Positions 38,182 to 48,347 of a stretch of 64,000 nucleotides of DNA are shown in pieces (position 1 is the first letter of the stretch; each line of letters opens with the position of its first letter). A model generated the notes under the pieces. The model had not been told where the DNA came from, did not search any database, and saw only the letters and a program-made list of their open reading frames with translations. Both the position numbers and the translations under genes were made by a program. The stretch covers positions 68,838 to 132,837 of the forward strand of contig CAZQMO010000001.1 of assembly GCA_964594755.1 (NCBI GenBank). Reading direction: 5' to 3'. Source of the stretch: an uncultured Candidatus Saccharibacteria bacterium (GTDB taxonomy: Bacteria > Patescibacteriota > Doudnabacteria > UBA920).

Positions 38182-39282
38182 TTAAAACCTTAATACCCGG
38201 GACTGTTTTGCAACATTTTGCACAACCCCTAAAGCAATCGCTGTAACTAACATTGAACTACCACCAGCAGTAAAAAACGGTAAGGGAATTCCAGTAACAG
38301 GTAACAGTCCGATATTCATCCCAACATTAACCGTGAACTGAGAAACAAATAAAAACAAGATCCCCCCAACCATATACATCGCTAAATCATCTCGGGCGCG
38401 TTTCATAATGACCACTAACCTAGTTAGCAAAATAATGAACAAAGCAAGGATGGACGTTGAACCAACTAAACCAATTTCTTCACTCGCAGCAGCAAATACA
38501 AAGTCGGTATGCTTCTCTGGTAAAAACCGTAAACCGCTTTGTACGCCCTGACCCAAGCCACGGCCAAACCATTGACCACTACCTACCGCAATCATGGCTT
38601 GGCGAACATTATATCCTTGGCCTTGAGGGTCACTATCTGGATTCAAAAACACCTCAACACGATTTTTTTGATAGTCACGTAACACAAACTGCCAACCCAG
38701 GCCAGCTAAAAGCATGGCTGTCACTAACAAAACAATAATATAGATTTTCCGAATGGGGCTGATTAGAATCTGGCCAAACCACACTGCTAACACAATCACA
38801 CTAGAACCTAGGTCGGGTTCAAAAAAAATCAATACTGCCGGTAAAGCAGCATAAGCGAAAGTTATAGCAATATTTCGCCAAGAATTAATTTGCCCTCGGT
38901 TCATATATAACCAACGAGCCAGGCCGATCATCACTATCACCTTAGCCAACTCGGCTGGCTGAAGCTGGAAAAATCCGAAATCAATCCACCTGGCACTACC
39001 CCTAATTGGGTCACCAAATATGAGCAGATAAATCAGAGCTAAAATTAACACCGGATAAATCATGCGGTTATATTTAGCTAATCGCTGGTAATTGTAGTTA
39101 GCCAAAAGAATAAACACTAAAATAGCACCTAGAGCGTAAACTACCTGTCTCCAGAACTGCGATAAATCACCTTCACCTAAAGAAATGGCGTACTGTACCG
39201 CCAAGCCGCCTGAAAGTAATAAGCCGCTGACTATAAGCAGCGGCAAATCAAAAAATTTTAACCTGTTTAAAAAAGTTGACAT
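38182..39282 (-). CDS. ftsW: SEDS-family peptidoglycan glycosyltransferase FtsW/RodA
   Basis: Ten TM segments, the conserved SEDS periplasmic loop and a C-terminal GGSSMLxxxxALG motif. Confidence 0.9.
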   Translation of the reverse strand: MSTFLNRLKFFDLPLLIVSGLLLSGGLAVQYAISLGEGDLSQFWRQVVYALGAILVFILLANYNYQRLAKYNRMIYPVLILALIYLLIFGDPIRGSARWIDFGFFQLQPAELAKVIVMIGLARWLYMNRGQINSWRNIAITFAYAALPAVLIFFEPDLGSSVIVLAVWFGQILISPIRKIYIIVLLVTAMLLAGLGWQFVLRDYQKNRVEVFLNPDSDPQGQGYNVRQAMIAVGSGQWFGRGLGQGVQSGLRFLPEKHTDFVFAAASEEIGLVGSTSILALFIILLTRLVVIMKRARDDLAMYMVGGILFLFVSQFTVNVGMNIGLLPVTGIPLPFFTAGGSSMLVTAIALGVVQNVAKQSRVLRF

Positions 39283-39289
39283 GAGAAAA

Positions 39290-40132
39290 CTAATTTGCGC
39301 TTACGGTCAGATTAGCAGGGTCTAAAGTATTCGTATAGGCTTCTAAGCCGATGCGTTGAACCATTGCTCTGTCCACCCCAGGCCACTGTATAACATAGGC
39401 ACGGCGCTCATAAGGCTTGAGAGTAAATTCCTCACGTGAAGTAATAGCCAATACCTCATTATTGGCTCCGTACAATACTAATACCAAAGTAACTTGTCGT
39501 AAATCAAAAGGACTACTATTAATCACTGCTCCCTCGGTAACAGTAGCAGCAGGTGAATCTTGCTGGTAAGTATATGGTTCGGTCATACGCAACTCTACTT
39601 CGGGGAGTGATAGACGCTTCTGCCAGACTGGTTCAGAAAACTTTAACTCTGCTGAAGTAATTGGGTCAATCGACTCCACACGTGGGACAACTAACCAGCG
39701 TTGCTGATCTGGTAAGAGAAAAGTTGTACCAGAAGCAGTTTGCACAGGTTGATTCTTACTATTCATAAATGTGATAGTATATCGCAATTGTTCAACTGCC
39801 AAATCTAAGTTAGGATTTTTAATTATTGCATAAGCCGAAGTTGTTCCAATAGCATTTTGCACTAAGTTCACCTTACTTTGCGAAATAGGGTCAGGATTGC
39901 TAAAGGCCGGTTGTGCTACTATCGCCTGCTGAGCATACTGACGAACCAATACTAACTCTAAACCGTAACGAATCAAAATTGAACCAGGTGCGAGTAAAAT
40001 TAAGAGCATAACTAATAACGCCCGTTGCCAAAGGTACAGGCCTAAAAACCAAGTCTTGAACTTGAAAATGCTTTCCTGGGCCCCTAAAGCAGCTCCACTA
40101 GTTTGAATTTGTAAATTTTCTTTCAGAGACAT
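39290..40132 (-). CDS. Membrane-anchored hypothetical protein (possible FtsQ/DivIB-like divisome partner; speculative)
   Basis: Short cytoplasmic N-terminus, one TM helix and a roughly 220-aa extracytoplasmic domain. It lies directly upstream of ftsW in the same operon. Confidence 0.4.
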   Translation of the reverse strand: MSLKENLQIQTSGAALGAQESIFKFKTWFLGLYLWQRALLVMLLILLAPGSILIRYGLELVLVRQYAQQAIVAQPAFSNPDPISQSKVNLVQNAIGTTSAYAIIKNPNLDLAVEQLRYTITFMNSKNQPVQTASGTTFLLPDQQRWLVVPRVESIDPITSAELKFSEPVWQKRLSLPEVELRMTEPYTYQQDSPAATVTEGAVINSSPFDLRQVTLVLVLYGANNEVLAITSREEFTLKPYERRAYVIQWPGVDRAMVQRIGLEAYTNTLDPANLTVSAN

Positions 40133-40185
40133 ACTCAGTATGGTAACTTTATTATAGCAAAAACTTCACGAAATTAACCCCAACA

Positions 40186-43100
40186 ATGGCTTTTACCCAC
40201 CTTCATTGTCATTCCCATTATTCCTTACTCGACGGTCTGTCTAAAGTCCCAGATTTAGTGACATTAGCGAAACAATACGGCATGGACTCTTTAGCTATTA
40301 CTGACCACGGCGTAATGTATGGGGCCATAGATTTTTACAACACCTGCGTTAAAAACGAGGTTAAACCAATAATCGGGCTCGAAGCTTACATCGCACCCCG
40401 AGGACTGCATCGCAAAGAAGGTAAGCAAGACGCTGATTACCACCACCTCACCTTGTTGGCTAAGAACTATGAGGGCTATTTGAACTTGATGAAATTAACC
40501 ACGATTGCTCACACCGAAGGTTTTTACTATAAACCGCGTCTTGATTTGCAAACCATTACTCAATTCCACGAAGGGCTAATTGCTTTATCAGGCTGTCCGC
40601 GTGGCCAGGTACCACGAGCCATTAAAACTTCCATGACTGCTGCAGAGCGAGTACTCGAAGAGCATCTGCAAATTTTTGGAGTAGATAATTTCTTTTTGGA
40701 ACTGCAGCGCAATAGTCTAGATGGCGAAGAATTACAACCAAATGAACAACTCGTTGAGCTGGGTAAAAAAATGGGTGTACGTCCTGTTGCCACTCAAGAC
40801 TGTCACTACTTAAGACCTGAAGATAGTGAAGCCCAAGATGTAATGGTTTGTGTTGGTACTGGTCGCACGGTCGATGAGCCCAACCGTTTAGATATGCGCA
40901 GTCATGACCTGTCATTATCTAAACCGGAAGACATGGTAAATAAATTCTTAGATTTACCAGAGGCTATTGAAAGTACTCAGATTATTGCTCGTGCTGTTAA
41001 TCTAGATATTCCTACTAATCAACGTTATTTCGCACACGTTAAACTGCCAGAGCGAGTTACTCCAGAGCAAGAACTGACAAGAATAGTAAACATCCGAGCA
41101 AGCGAAGTTTATGGACAAGATGGGATTACTAATACAATCCGTGAACGAATTGATTACGAACTAGATATCATCTGTCAAAAAGGTTTTGCTGTGTACTTCT
41201 TAATGGTGGCTGATATTGTGGCAGGGGCTCACGAGCTGGGCGTACTTACTAATACTCGAGGAAGTGCAGCTGGTTCAATAGTTGGTTACTTACTCAAGAT
41301 CAGTGCGATTGACCCGCTTGAATACCAGCTACCGTTCGAACGTTTTTTAACTGTGTTTCGCCCAACCCCTCCAGATATTGATTTAGATATTGCTGATGAC
41401 CGTCGCGATGAAGTAATCAGTTGGATTGCTGATCAATATGGTCATGACAAAGTGGCACAAATCATAACCTTTGGGACGATGAAAGCTCGTGCTGTTGTCA
41501 GAGATGTAGGTAGAGCTTTAGGTGTACCTTATGGTAAATGCGATCGGATTGCCAAAATGATTCCCTTGGGAAAACAAGGATTCACCATGACTCTAGACAA
41601 AGCCATGGATCAGAACATCGAATTAAAAACTATTTACGATACTGACGATGAAACTAAACGCATTATTGATATTGCCAAAAAGTTGGAAGGTTGTGTTCGT
41701 CATGCTTCCATCCATGCTGCTGCGCTAGCCATTACCCCAACCCCGCTAACTGATTACACTCCGCTTCAACTTGAACCTGATGGAAACAGGTTGATTACCC
41801 AATACGACATGTACGCACTTGATGTCGGTGCAGATGGAAATGCTATAGGTGTAATTAAGATGGACTTGCTAGGAATTCGCAATCTTAGCATTTTGGAAGC
41901 AGCCATTAAATTGGTAAAAATTCGTCACGACATTCAAATTGACGTCAGTAGCCTACCACTTGATGATCAGAAAACATTTAAACTAGTCGCGGAAGGCCAT
42001 ACCTTTGGAGTTTTTCAATTGGGGAGTAGCGGGATGACCCGTTATCTCAAAGAACTAAAGCCTACTTCAATTTTTGATATTTCTGCCATGATTGCGTTGT
42101 ACCGCCCGGGTCCAATGGGAATTATCCCTCAGTATATTGCTCGCAAACACAATCCATCTTTGATTAGTTACTTCGACGAACGAATGAAGGATTATCTAGA
42201 ACGCTCATTGGGACTATTGGTTTATCAAGATGATGTCTTATTAACTGCAATCAATCTGGCTGGTTATACTTGGGAAGAAGCCGATAAACTCCGCAAAGCT
42301 ATGGGAAAAAAGATCCCCGCAGAAATGGCCAAGCAAAAAGTTAAATTTATTGATGGTTGTATAAAGGGTGGGATGAGTAATGAAAAGGCTGCGGAGCTGT
42401 TCACGTTAATCGAACCATTCGCAGCTTATGGTTTCAACAAAGCGCATGCAGCTTCCTATAGTCAAGTCAGCTATCAAACTGCTTACATGAAAGCTAACTA
42501 TACAGTTGAGTTTATGGCTGCCTTAATGAGCGCAGAAAGTGGTGATGAAATAAAGATTCATGAAGCCTTTGAGGAATGTAAAAACCTGGGCATTACAGTG
42601 CTACCACCAGATGTTACAGAGAGCTACGGTGGATTCACGGTCATCGACGATACTACCATCAGATTTGGCCTGAGAGCAATTAAGAATTTAGGTTCAGATG
42701 TTATCCGAAAAATAATTGACTGTCATAAAGCAGGAATTACATTTGCATCCCTGGAGGACTTTTTAACAAAAAGTTACACTAAAAGCTTTAATAAAAAATC
42801 TTGGGAAGCTTTAGTGAAATCCGGTGCGTTAGATAAATTCGGTGAACGAGGACAATTACTTGCCAGTACCGAAAATGTTTTAGACTTTCTTCGCGAGCAT
42901 TTCAAAAATGACCAATCCGGTCAAACTTCCCTGTTCGGAACAACTATGCAGATTGGTCGACTGCAGCTCAAAGAAACCGCGCCGTTAACTCAAGATGACT
43001 TGCTCAAGTTCGAAAAAGAACATATTGGATTATTTGTTTCCGGGCACCCTTTAGATAAATTTCACATTGTTACCCAAAATTATTTAGCAATTCGGGATCT

Positions 43101-43638
43101 CACCGAAGATATGGATGGCAGGCAAATCACGATTGCGGGCATTATTACAAAAGCTAAGCGCACTATCACCAAAAAGAACGATCCGATGGCCTTCGCCACA
43201 ATTGAAGATAAGACTGGTTCAGTCGAAATCTTAATATTCCCAACAGTAATGCCGCAAGCTATCCCCTATCTTGACAGTGATATGGTTATCAAAGTAACTG
43301 GAAGGATTTCCTCGAAAGATGGTGAACCAAAAATCATTGTTAATGACATTAAAGACCTCCCCAATGATGAGCTGTATCAGATGGCAGTAGATGAATTAGA
43401 AAAACAAAAAGAATTAACCATTCACCTCCCAGACATCAAGAACCAAACCACTCTTCACCAAATCAAAAAGCTGCTTGAAGCAAATCCTGGGAGTGCCCCT
43501 GTATTCTTACAAGTTGGTAGCGGTCAAGAGACTAACACCATTAAGACCAAAACCAGTGTACGCATCAGTCGCGACCTGATTCAAAAACTACGGGCAATAC
43601 CAGAAGTAAGTATGATCTATGACCGGATGGACTTTTAG
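40186..43638 (+). CDS. dnaE: DNA polymerase III alpha subunit DnaE
   Basis: 1150 aa with an N-terminal PHP domain (HLHCHSHYSLLDG), a palm with catalytic Asp motifs and a C-terminal OB fold. Confidence 0.96.
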   Translation: MAFTHLHCHSHYSLLDGLSKVPDLVTLAKQYGMDSLAITDHGVMYGAIDFYNTCVKNEVKPIIGLEAYIAPRGLHRKEGKQDADYHHLTLLAKNYEGYLNLMKLTTIAHTEGFYYKPRLDLQTITQFHEGLIALSGCPRGQVPRAIKTSMTAAERVLEEHLQIFGVDNFFLELQRNSLDGEELQPNEQLVELGKKMGVRPVATQDCHYLRPEDSEAQDVMVCVGTGRTVDEPNRLDMRSHDLSLSKPEDMVNKFLDLPEAIESTQIIARAVNLDIPTNQRYFAHVKLPERVTPEQELTRIVNIRASEVYGQDGITNTIRERIDYELDIICQKGFAVYFLMVADIVAGAHELGVLTNTRGSAAGSIVGYLLKISAIDPLEYQLPFERFLTVFRPTPPDIDLDIADDRRDEVISWIADQYGHDKVAQIITFGTMKARAVVRDVGRALGVPYGKCDRIAKMIPLGKQGFTMTLDKAMDQNIELKTIYDTDDETKRIIDIAKKLEGCVRHASIHAAALAITPTPLTDYTPLQLEPDGNRLITQYDMYALDVGADGNAIGVIKMDLLGIRNLSILEAAIKLVKIRHDIQIDVSSLPLDDQKTFKLVAEGHTFGVFQLGSSGMTRYLKELKPTSIFDISAMIALYRPGPMGIIPQYIARKHNPSLISYFDERMKDYLERSLGLLVYQDDVLLTAINLAGYTWEEADKLRKAMGKKIPAEMAKQKVKFIDGCIKGGMSNEKAAELFTLIEPFAAYGFNKAHAASYSQVSYQTAYMKANYTVEFMAALMSAESGDEIKIHEAFEECKNLGITVLPPDVTESYGGFTVIDDTTIRFGLRAIKNLGSDVIRKIIDCHKAGITFASLEDFLTKSYTKSFNKKSWEALVKSGALDKFGERGQLLASTENVLDFLREHFKNDQSGQTSLFGTTMQIGRLQLKETAPLTQDDLLKFEKEHIGLFVSGHPLDKFHIVTQNYLAIRDLTEDMDGRQITIAGIITKAKRTITKKNDPMAFATIEDKTGSVEILIFPTVMPQAIPYLDSDMVIKVTGRISSKDGEPKIIVNDIKDLPNDELYQMAVDELEKQKELTIHLPDIKNQTTLHQIKKLLEANPGSAPVFLQVGSGQETNTIKTKTSVRISRDLIQKLRAIPEVSMIYDRMDF

Positions 43639-43750
43639 ACTTGACATATCAATGCATAAATCATAAAATAATCACGCTTACTTAACTCTGCTCACCCTGC
43701 GCGGATTTAGGTAGTCAAAGGATGCTCCTCAAAGAGTGTCATCTCCAGTA

Positions 43751-43781
43751 GCGAGCAGTTTCCGAACTGCTCGCCTTTTTT
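43751..43781 (+). terminator. Rho-independent terminator after dnaE
   Basis: gcgagcag-tttccgaa-ctgctcgc followed by TTTTTT. Confidence 0.8.
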
Positions 43782-43798
43782 AACTGTTTATAACTTGA

Positions 43799-43827
43799 TT
43801 GACACATAACAAACAGAATTTTATAAT
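43799..43827 (+). promoter_or_regulatory. Perfect consensus sigma-70 promoter (TTGACA -17- TATAAT) in dnaE-thrS spacer
   Basis: ttgaca at 43799-804, spacer cataacaaacagaattt (17 nt), tataat at 43822-27. Confidence 0.7.
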
Positions 43828-43833
43828 AAAAAT

Positions 43834-43996
43834 GTATTAATAATCCGATCAACACCTACAGTTTGAACCAATCTTTCAGATAAATCCTAAGGAGGGTTTA
43901 CCTAGGCCCAACTGCCGATCCTGCACCGAACATTTATCTGAATGGTACTGTCCGTCTTCTACCTCCACTTGCCCTATTTATTAGGGCTTTTTTTTT
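43834..43996 (+). ncRNA. Candidate small RNA / leader unit 1 (about 160 nt, promoter-to-terminator)
   Basis: Bounded by the consensus promoter above and the terminator gcccta-tttatt-agggc plus T9 at 43971-43996. It contains no convincing ORF. It carries aaggaggg and cctcc segments and a TGGTAC segment faintly reminiscent of a T-box core. Confidence 0.35.
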
Positions 43997-44015
43997 ATGT
44001 TTTTTTCTGTATAAT

Positions 44016-44170
44016 ATAAATAGTTCTGTTAGCGCTGACCCGACTACCAACCGGCGAGCTAACTCAAGTTGAATACCTAAAAGGCTGCCAAAACTGTGGC
44101 AGTGAACTGGGACGGAATCGTCTTAAATTTAAGACCCCAGAAGTTAGTTTTTAAAAATTACTAACTTCTG
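44016..44170 (+). ncRNA. Candidate small RNA / leader unit 2 (about 150 nt)
   Basis: It begins after a TG-TATAAT -10 element (44008-44015). It ends at the strong terminator cccagaagttagt-ttttaaaaat-actaacttctggg plus TTTTT (44125-44170). It contains a ctgccaaaactgtggcag hairpin and an ACC-containing loop. Confidence 0.3.
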
Positions 44171-44320
44171 GGTTTTTCTTTACTCGCGAATTATTCCATA
44201 ACCCGCTACCGCTGATAGTAATCCAAACAATGAGAGTGATAACTACGGCAGGTTCTAATTTCAGGCTCCTCCCAATAACATCGCGCAGTCTATATAAGAA
44301 CCAAAGCATCTCAATTTTAC

Positions 44321-44368
44321 TCACACAACCATCGCTAAACCTGCAAAAATTACTTTCAATTTATTCAT
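44321..44368 (-). CDS. Micro-ORF (15 aa, MNKLKVIFAGLAMVV) with perfect SD, divergent from thrS
   Basis: AAGGAGG 4 nt upstream of the ATG on the - strand. Hydrophobic peptide of unknown significance. Confidence 0.2.
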   Translation of the reverse strand: MNKLKVIFAGLAMVV

Positions 44369-44399
44369 ACAACCTCCTTTTAATATTAATCCGTTAACT

Positions 44400-46130
44400 A
44401 TGCACCATTTAGAAAACCAACGTCACTCTCTTGCTCACTTGCTCGCTGCCAGTGTCTTAGAAATGTTTCCTGACGCGAAATTAGGAATCGGTCCAGTAAT
44501 CGAGAACGGTTTTTACTACGACTTCTTACTTCCTCGCCCTCTCACCCCTGAAGATCTCCCAAAACTAGAAGCTCGCATGAAAGAATTATCTAAGCAACAC
44601 TTAGCATTTGAACGCCAAGATATTTCTGCTGTTGATGCTAAAAAATTCTTTGAAGATCGAAAGCAAGACTTTAAACTAGAGTTGATTGAGGAGTTGGAAA
44701 AGACAGGAGAACCATTAAGTCTTTACAAGACAGGTGAATTTATCGATCTTTGCCGCGGAGGTCATGTAGAGAATACATCTGAAATCAACCCAGATGGATT
44801 TAAGCTTCATAAAATCTCAGGGGCTTACTGGCGCGGTGATCAAACCAACGCACAATTACAACGAATCTACGGCTTAGCTTTTGAAGACCAAAAGCAATTG
44901 GATGATTATTTAACTTTACAAGAAGAGTTGGAAAAACGTGATCATCGCACGCTCGGACCACAACTTGGTTATTTCTTATTTCATGAATACGCCCCAGGCA
45001 TTCCCTTTTATCAACCAGCAGGAACGATTGTCCGTAATCAGCTCGAAAAGTTCGTTCGGGAAGTTTCTTATGGTAAAGGTTACAGCGAAATCCGATTACC
45101 TCAATTATTTGATTCGGAACTATTTAAAACTTCTGGGCACTGGGATCACTACAAAGACGATCTGTTTACACTGGAATCAGAAGGTCGCACCTTTGGATTA
45201 AAACCAATGAACTGCCCGGGCCATATGCTGTTATACAAACAAAGTCTTTATTCCTATAAAGACTTGCCGCTTCGCTTCGCAGAAATGACCACGCTCTACC
45301 GCAACGAGCTATCTGGTACGCTTTCTGGATTAACCCGCGTGCGCGCCTTTGCTCAAGATGATACTCATATTTTTGTTACCCCAGAACAAATCACCAATGA
45401 AGTTGCTGACTTGCTCGCTAGAGTGACAAGCATTTACGGAATCTTTGATATGAAAATTGATCAAGTCACGATTGGAACCAAGCCAACAGAGTCGCTTGGT
45501 ACAAAACAGGAATGGGAGCACGCTGAAGCAGCCTTAGCAGCAGCTTTAGATAAGGCAGGCTGGGAATATACCCGCGAAGAAGGTGATGGCGCGTTTTACG
45601 GTCCCAAAATTGATATGCGCATCAAAGATGTGTTTGGCCGAGACTGGCAATTAGCAACTATTCAGTTAGACTTCCAAATGCCACAACGCTTTAAGCTCGA
45701 GTATGTGGCCAGCGACGGTTCCCGACAAACTCCAATCGTAATTCATCGCGCTATCTTAGGTAGCTTTGAACGGTTCATGGCTATCTTAATCGAACAATAT
45801 GGTGGCGCACTACCAGTGTGGCTGTCCCCAGTTCAAGCTGTAGTTTTGCCTATCTCAGATAAACATAGTGAGTACGCAAAGCAAGTCGCTGATGAATTAA
45901 TAAAAGCAATTCCTGATTTGCGTATCGAAATTGATGACCGCAGTGAATCGGTTGGTAAACGGATTCGTGAAGTGGCAACTAAAAAAGTTCCTTACACGTT
46001 AGTTGTTGGAGATAAAGAAGCTGCTGACCAGACTATTGCGGTTAGAGGTCGAGGTGATCAGGATCTTGGCACCATCACCATCGGTGAATTTGCCCAAACC
46101 TTGATTGATAAAATTAATACTCGTAAGTAA
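44400..46130 (+). CDS. thrS: Threonyl-tRNA synthetase (lacks N-terminal TGS domain; starts at editing domain)
   Basis: Begins with the RHSLAHLLAASV editing-domain zinc motif. Class II motifs 1-3 and a C-terminal anticodon-binding domain are present. 576 aa. No SD; the upstream sequence is CCTCC. Confidence 0.92.
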   Translation: MHHLENQRHSLAHLLAASVLEMFPDAKLGIGPVIENGFYYDFLLPRPLTPEDLPKLEARMKELSKQHLAFERQDISAVDAKKFFEDRKQDFKLELIEELEKTGEPLSLYKTGEFIDLCRGGHVENTSEINPDGFKLHKISGAYWRGDQTNAQLQRIYGLAFEDQKQLDDYLTLQEELEKRDHRTLGPQLGYFLFHEYAPGIPFYQPAGTIVRNQLEKFVREVSYGKGYSEIRLPQLFDSELFKTSGHWDHYKDDLFTLESEGRTFGLKPMNCPGHMLLYKQSLYSYKDLPLRFAEMTTLYRNELSGTLSGLTRVRAFAQDDTHIFVTPEQITNEVADLLARVTSIYGIFDMKIDQVTIGTKPTESLGTKQEWEHAEAALAAALDKAGWEYTREEGDGAFYGPKIDMRIKDVFGRDWQLATIQLDFQMPQRFKLEYVASDGSRQTPIVIHRAILGSFERFMAILIEQYGGALPVWLSPVQAVVLPISDKHSEYAKQVADELIKAIPDLRIEIDDRSESVGKRIREVATKKVPYTLVVGDKEAADQTIAVRGRGDQDLGTITIGEFAQTLIDKINTRK

Positions 46131-46165
46131 TTGTATTTAGATTAAATCATATACATGGAGGTAAT

Positions 46166-46441
46166 ATGACAGCTAAGTTAATCGATTGGACTAAGCTCCA
46201 CGGTGAAATAATTGACTTTAATCTCTGGCTAGAGCAAAAAAATGATCGTTGCTTGGACAATCATGAAGCGAAGCTAATCCTTGAGCAAAATGAGTTAGAC
46301 CCAACACTGTTAGAAAAAATGAAACCGGGTCAATTAATTATTCTCAATCACTCCAAACAAGTTCGTGCAATCTGCAAAGACACAATCTCTGATTTCCGAT
46401 ACATCAGCAAGTTAGCGGAAACAAAAAAGCCCAGTGCATAA
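46166..46441 (+). CDS. Hypothetical protein (91 aa)
   Basis: RBS GGAGGTAAT precedes the ATG; a terminator follows. Confidence 0.5.
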   Translation: MTAKLIDWTKLHGEIIDFNLWLEQKNDRCLDNHEAKLILEQNELDPTLLEKMKPGQLIILNHSKQVRAICKDTISDFRYISKLAETKKPSA

Positions 46442-46458
46442 CTGGGCTTAATTTTTTG
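46425..46458. terminator. Bidirectional terminator (agcccagt-gcataa-ctgggct)
   Basis: Stem with T-runs on both sides. Confidence 0.65.
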
Positions 46459-46463
46459 GAAAA

Positions 46464-46937
46464 TTACATAGCTGGGGTTGAAGGCGGTGTTGGTGCAGCA
46501 GGTGCACTCTGTTGTGGAGCCGCTTCCTTGAAAGCTAAGAACCACAGAAGGACCAAGTTAACAGGTCCGATGAGCAATATGATTCCCCACCAACCTGGAC
46601 GGTTGCGTACTTCAGCAATTTTCCACCAAATGTAACCTACAAGTACGATAACGAGTAAGTTTACTAAAGGGATGAAAGCAGCTAAGAATCCAAGTGCCCA
46701 CCATAAGGGCAATCTGGCAATTCTTAGCATTAACAGTAGGTTTAAAACTGGAATCCAAGCCCACCATTGATTAGGTGTCTCAGTCTTCTTCGCAATCACT
46801 GATAAACAATAAGCTGTATAAACATACACAGCAATACCCAAAATTACTACAAAGAGCAAAGGTGCGCCAGATAAACCTTGCTCATACGGAGTTAAGTTTT
46901 GGTATGCACCATAAGGTTGCACTTCACCATATTCCAT
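46464..46937 (-). CDS. Membrane protein (DUF4870/DUF5684-like; Trp-rich helices, Pro/Ala-rich C-terminus)
   Basis: Three or four TM helices with YIWWKI..RPGWWG motifs. Confidence 0.5.
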   Translation of the reverse strand: MEYGEVQPYGAYQNLTPYEQGLSGAPLLFVVILGIAVYVYTAYCLSVIAKKTETPNQWWAWIPVLNLLLMLRIARLPLWWALGFLAAFIPLVNLLVIVLVGYIWWKIAEVRNRPGWWGIILLIGPVNLVLLWFLAFKEAAPQQSAPAAPTPPSTPAM

Positions 46938-46975
46938 ATAGTTACGAATTAATTACTTTCGTTAATTATATCAAA

Positions 46976-47740
46976 TTAAGTCAAGATACAAGAACCTTTT
47001 GCAGTCACTGCAATCGTATGCTCAAAGTGAGCTGCCAGTCCACCATCAGAAGTGCGAATCGTCCAACCATCAGCATCAAAAATAACTTTTGGCTTATTTT
47101 CACAAACCATTGGTTCTATCGCTAACACCATCCCCTCAACTAACTCTATTCCCGTTCCAGCTTTCCCGTAACAAGGTACTGCTGGGTCTTCATGAACCGC
47201 ATAACCTACTCCATGACCAACTAAATCTCGTACCACACTAAAGCCAGCCTTCTCAACAATACTCTGCATGGCGTAACCTAAGTCACCAATACGGTTGCCT
47301 GGTTTAGCAAGATTAATAGCTTCCTGTAAAGCAGTTTTAGTAACTTTCATAATCTGCTCGGCTTGCTGAGAGACTTTGCCAACCCCAACAGTTACAGCCG
47401 TATCCGTGTAGAAACCTTTGTAAACCATCCCAATATCTAAACCAACTATATCCCCTTCGTGTAATATATCGTCCGGCATCGGCACTCCATGTACAACCGC
47501 ATCATTTATTGAAGTACATAGACCCGCAGGAAAGGGATTGTTTTTGTCACCATAACCAATAAAGCTCGGCTTCCCGCCAGCTTTAACAATCTCTGCCTCA
47601 GCATAAGCATTCAAATCCTGTGTAGAAACCCCAGGCTTTACTAGCGCGGCGGTCCTTTGCAAAATTTGACCTAAAATTTTGCCACCTTCGGCAATCAGTT
47701 CAATTTCTTCTGGTTTTTTGGTGTACTTTTTCATAATCAT
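46976..47740 (-). CDS. map: Methionine aminopeptidase type I
   Basis: Pita-bread fold metal ligands (D..D..H..E..E pattern) and N-terminal MKKYTKKPEEIELIAEGGKILG. The track ORF extends to 47815, but the internal Met is the likelier start because it otherwise overlaps the upstream kinase. Confidence 0.85.
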   Translation of the reverse strand: MIMKKYTKKPEEIELIAEGGKILGQILQRTAALVKPGVSTQDLNAYAEAEIVKAGGKPSFIGYGDKNNPFPAGLCTSINDAVVHGVPMPDDILHEGDIVGLDIGMVYKGFYTDTAVTVGVGKVSQQAEQIMKVTKTALQEAINLAKPGNRIGDLGYAMQSIVEKAGFSVVRDLVGHGVGYAVHEDPAVPCYGKAGTGIELVEGMVLAIEPMVCENKPKVIFDADGWTIRTSDGGLAAHFEHTIAVTAKGSCILT

Positions 47741-48347
47741 TAATATATCGGGTGATCGCCGCTTGGATACGATTCCGCACCTGGCTTCTGGTACCAGTTC
47801 CGCTAATGTTAACAAATTCGTAGTGTTTTGCGAAGTAGTCTACGACTTTACTAATTTGCTCCCGGTAATAGCGGGCGCGGTTTCTTAAACCGCTCAAAGT
47901 GTCATCACTGCGCTTTGTAAACGAAGTGTTCTGATAACCTTTACGTTGTTTTACACGGGTGATCGATTCTGATTGAGGAATAGATAGATAAATCACTAAA
48001 GGTTTGGAACGTTTAGTCTTTTCCAATAAATTTTTGACAATCTTAGCTTCGCCTATCATCTTAGGATGACCGTCAAACAATATTCCTTTATCTGGTTTAG
48101 TCTGTTTGATGGTTTGTTCTAAAATGCCGCGAACAATTTTGGTCGGAGTTAAAATTCCTTTGTCCGCAGTTTTCTTTTGAGCTGAATCAATCTGAGCATT
48201 TTTCTGACGAAGCAAAGTCAGTTCCAAACCCATATCAAAATCTCGCAACTTATATTTTTTTGCAAAGTAAGCTGACTGAGTGGCTTTACCAGCCCCCACA
48301 TCTCCAAGAATAATTAAGTTGAGAGGTTTTCCGTCAGCTAATTTCAT
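47700..48347 (-). CDS. Nucleoside monophosphate kinase, adenylate-kinase family (second, divergent paralog)
   Basis: P-loop LIILGDVGAGKATQS and an NMP-kinase fold, 215 aa. Confidence 0.65.
   Translation of the reverse strand: MKLADGKPLNLIILGDVGAGKATQSAYFAKKYKLRDFDMGLELTLLRQKNAQIDSAQKKTADKGILTPTKIVRGILEQTIKQTKPDKGILFDGHPKMIGEAKIVKNLLEKTKRSKPLVIYLSIPQSESITRVKQRKGYQNTSFTKRSDDTLSGLRNRARYYREQISKVVDYFAKHYEFVNISGTGTRSQVRNRIQAAITRYINDYEKVHQKTRRN

Noticed and set aside
46976-47815. Long form of map starting at 47815 (track ORF)
   Set aside because: The first 25 codons overlap the upstream kinase by 115 nt and do not match MetAP N-termini. The internal Met at about 47740 fits the family.
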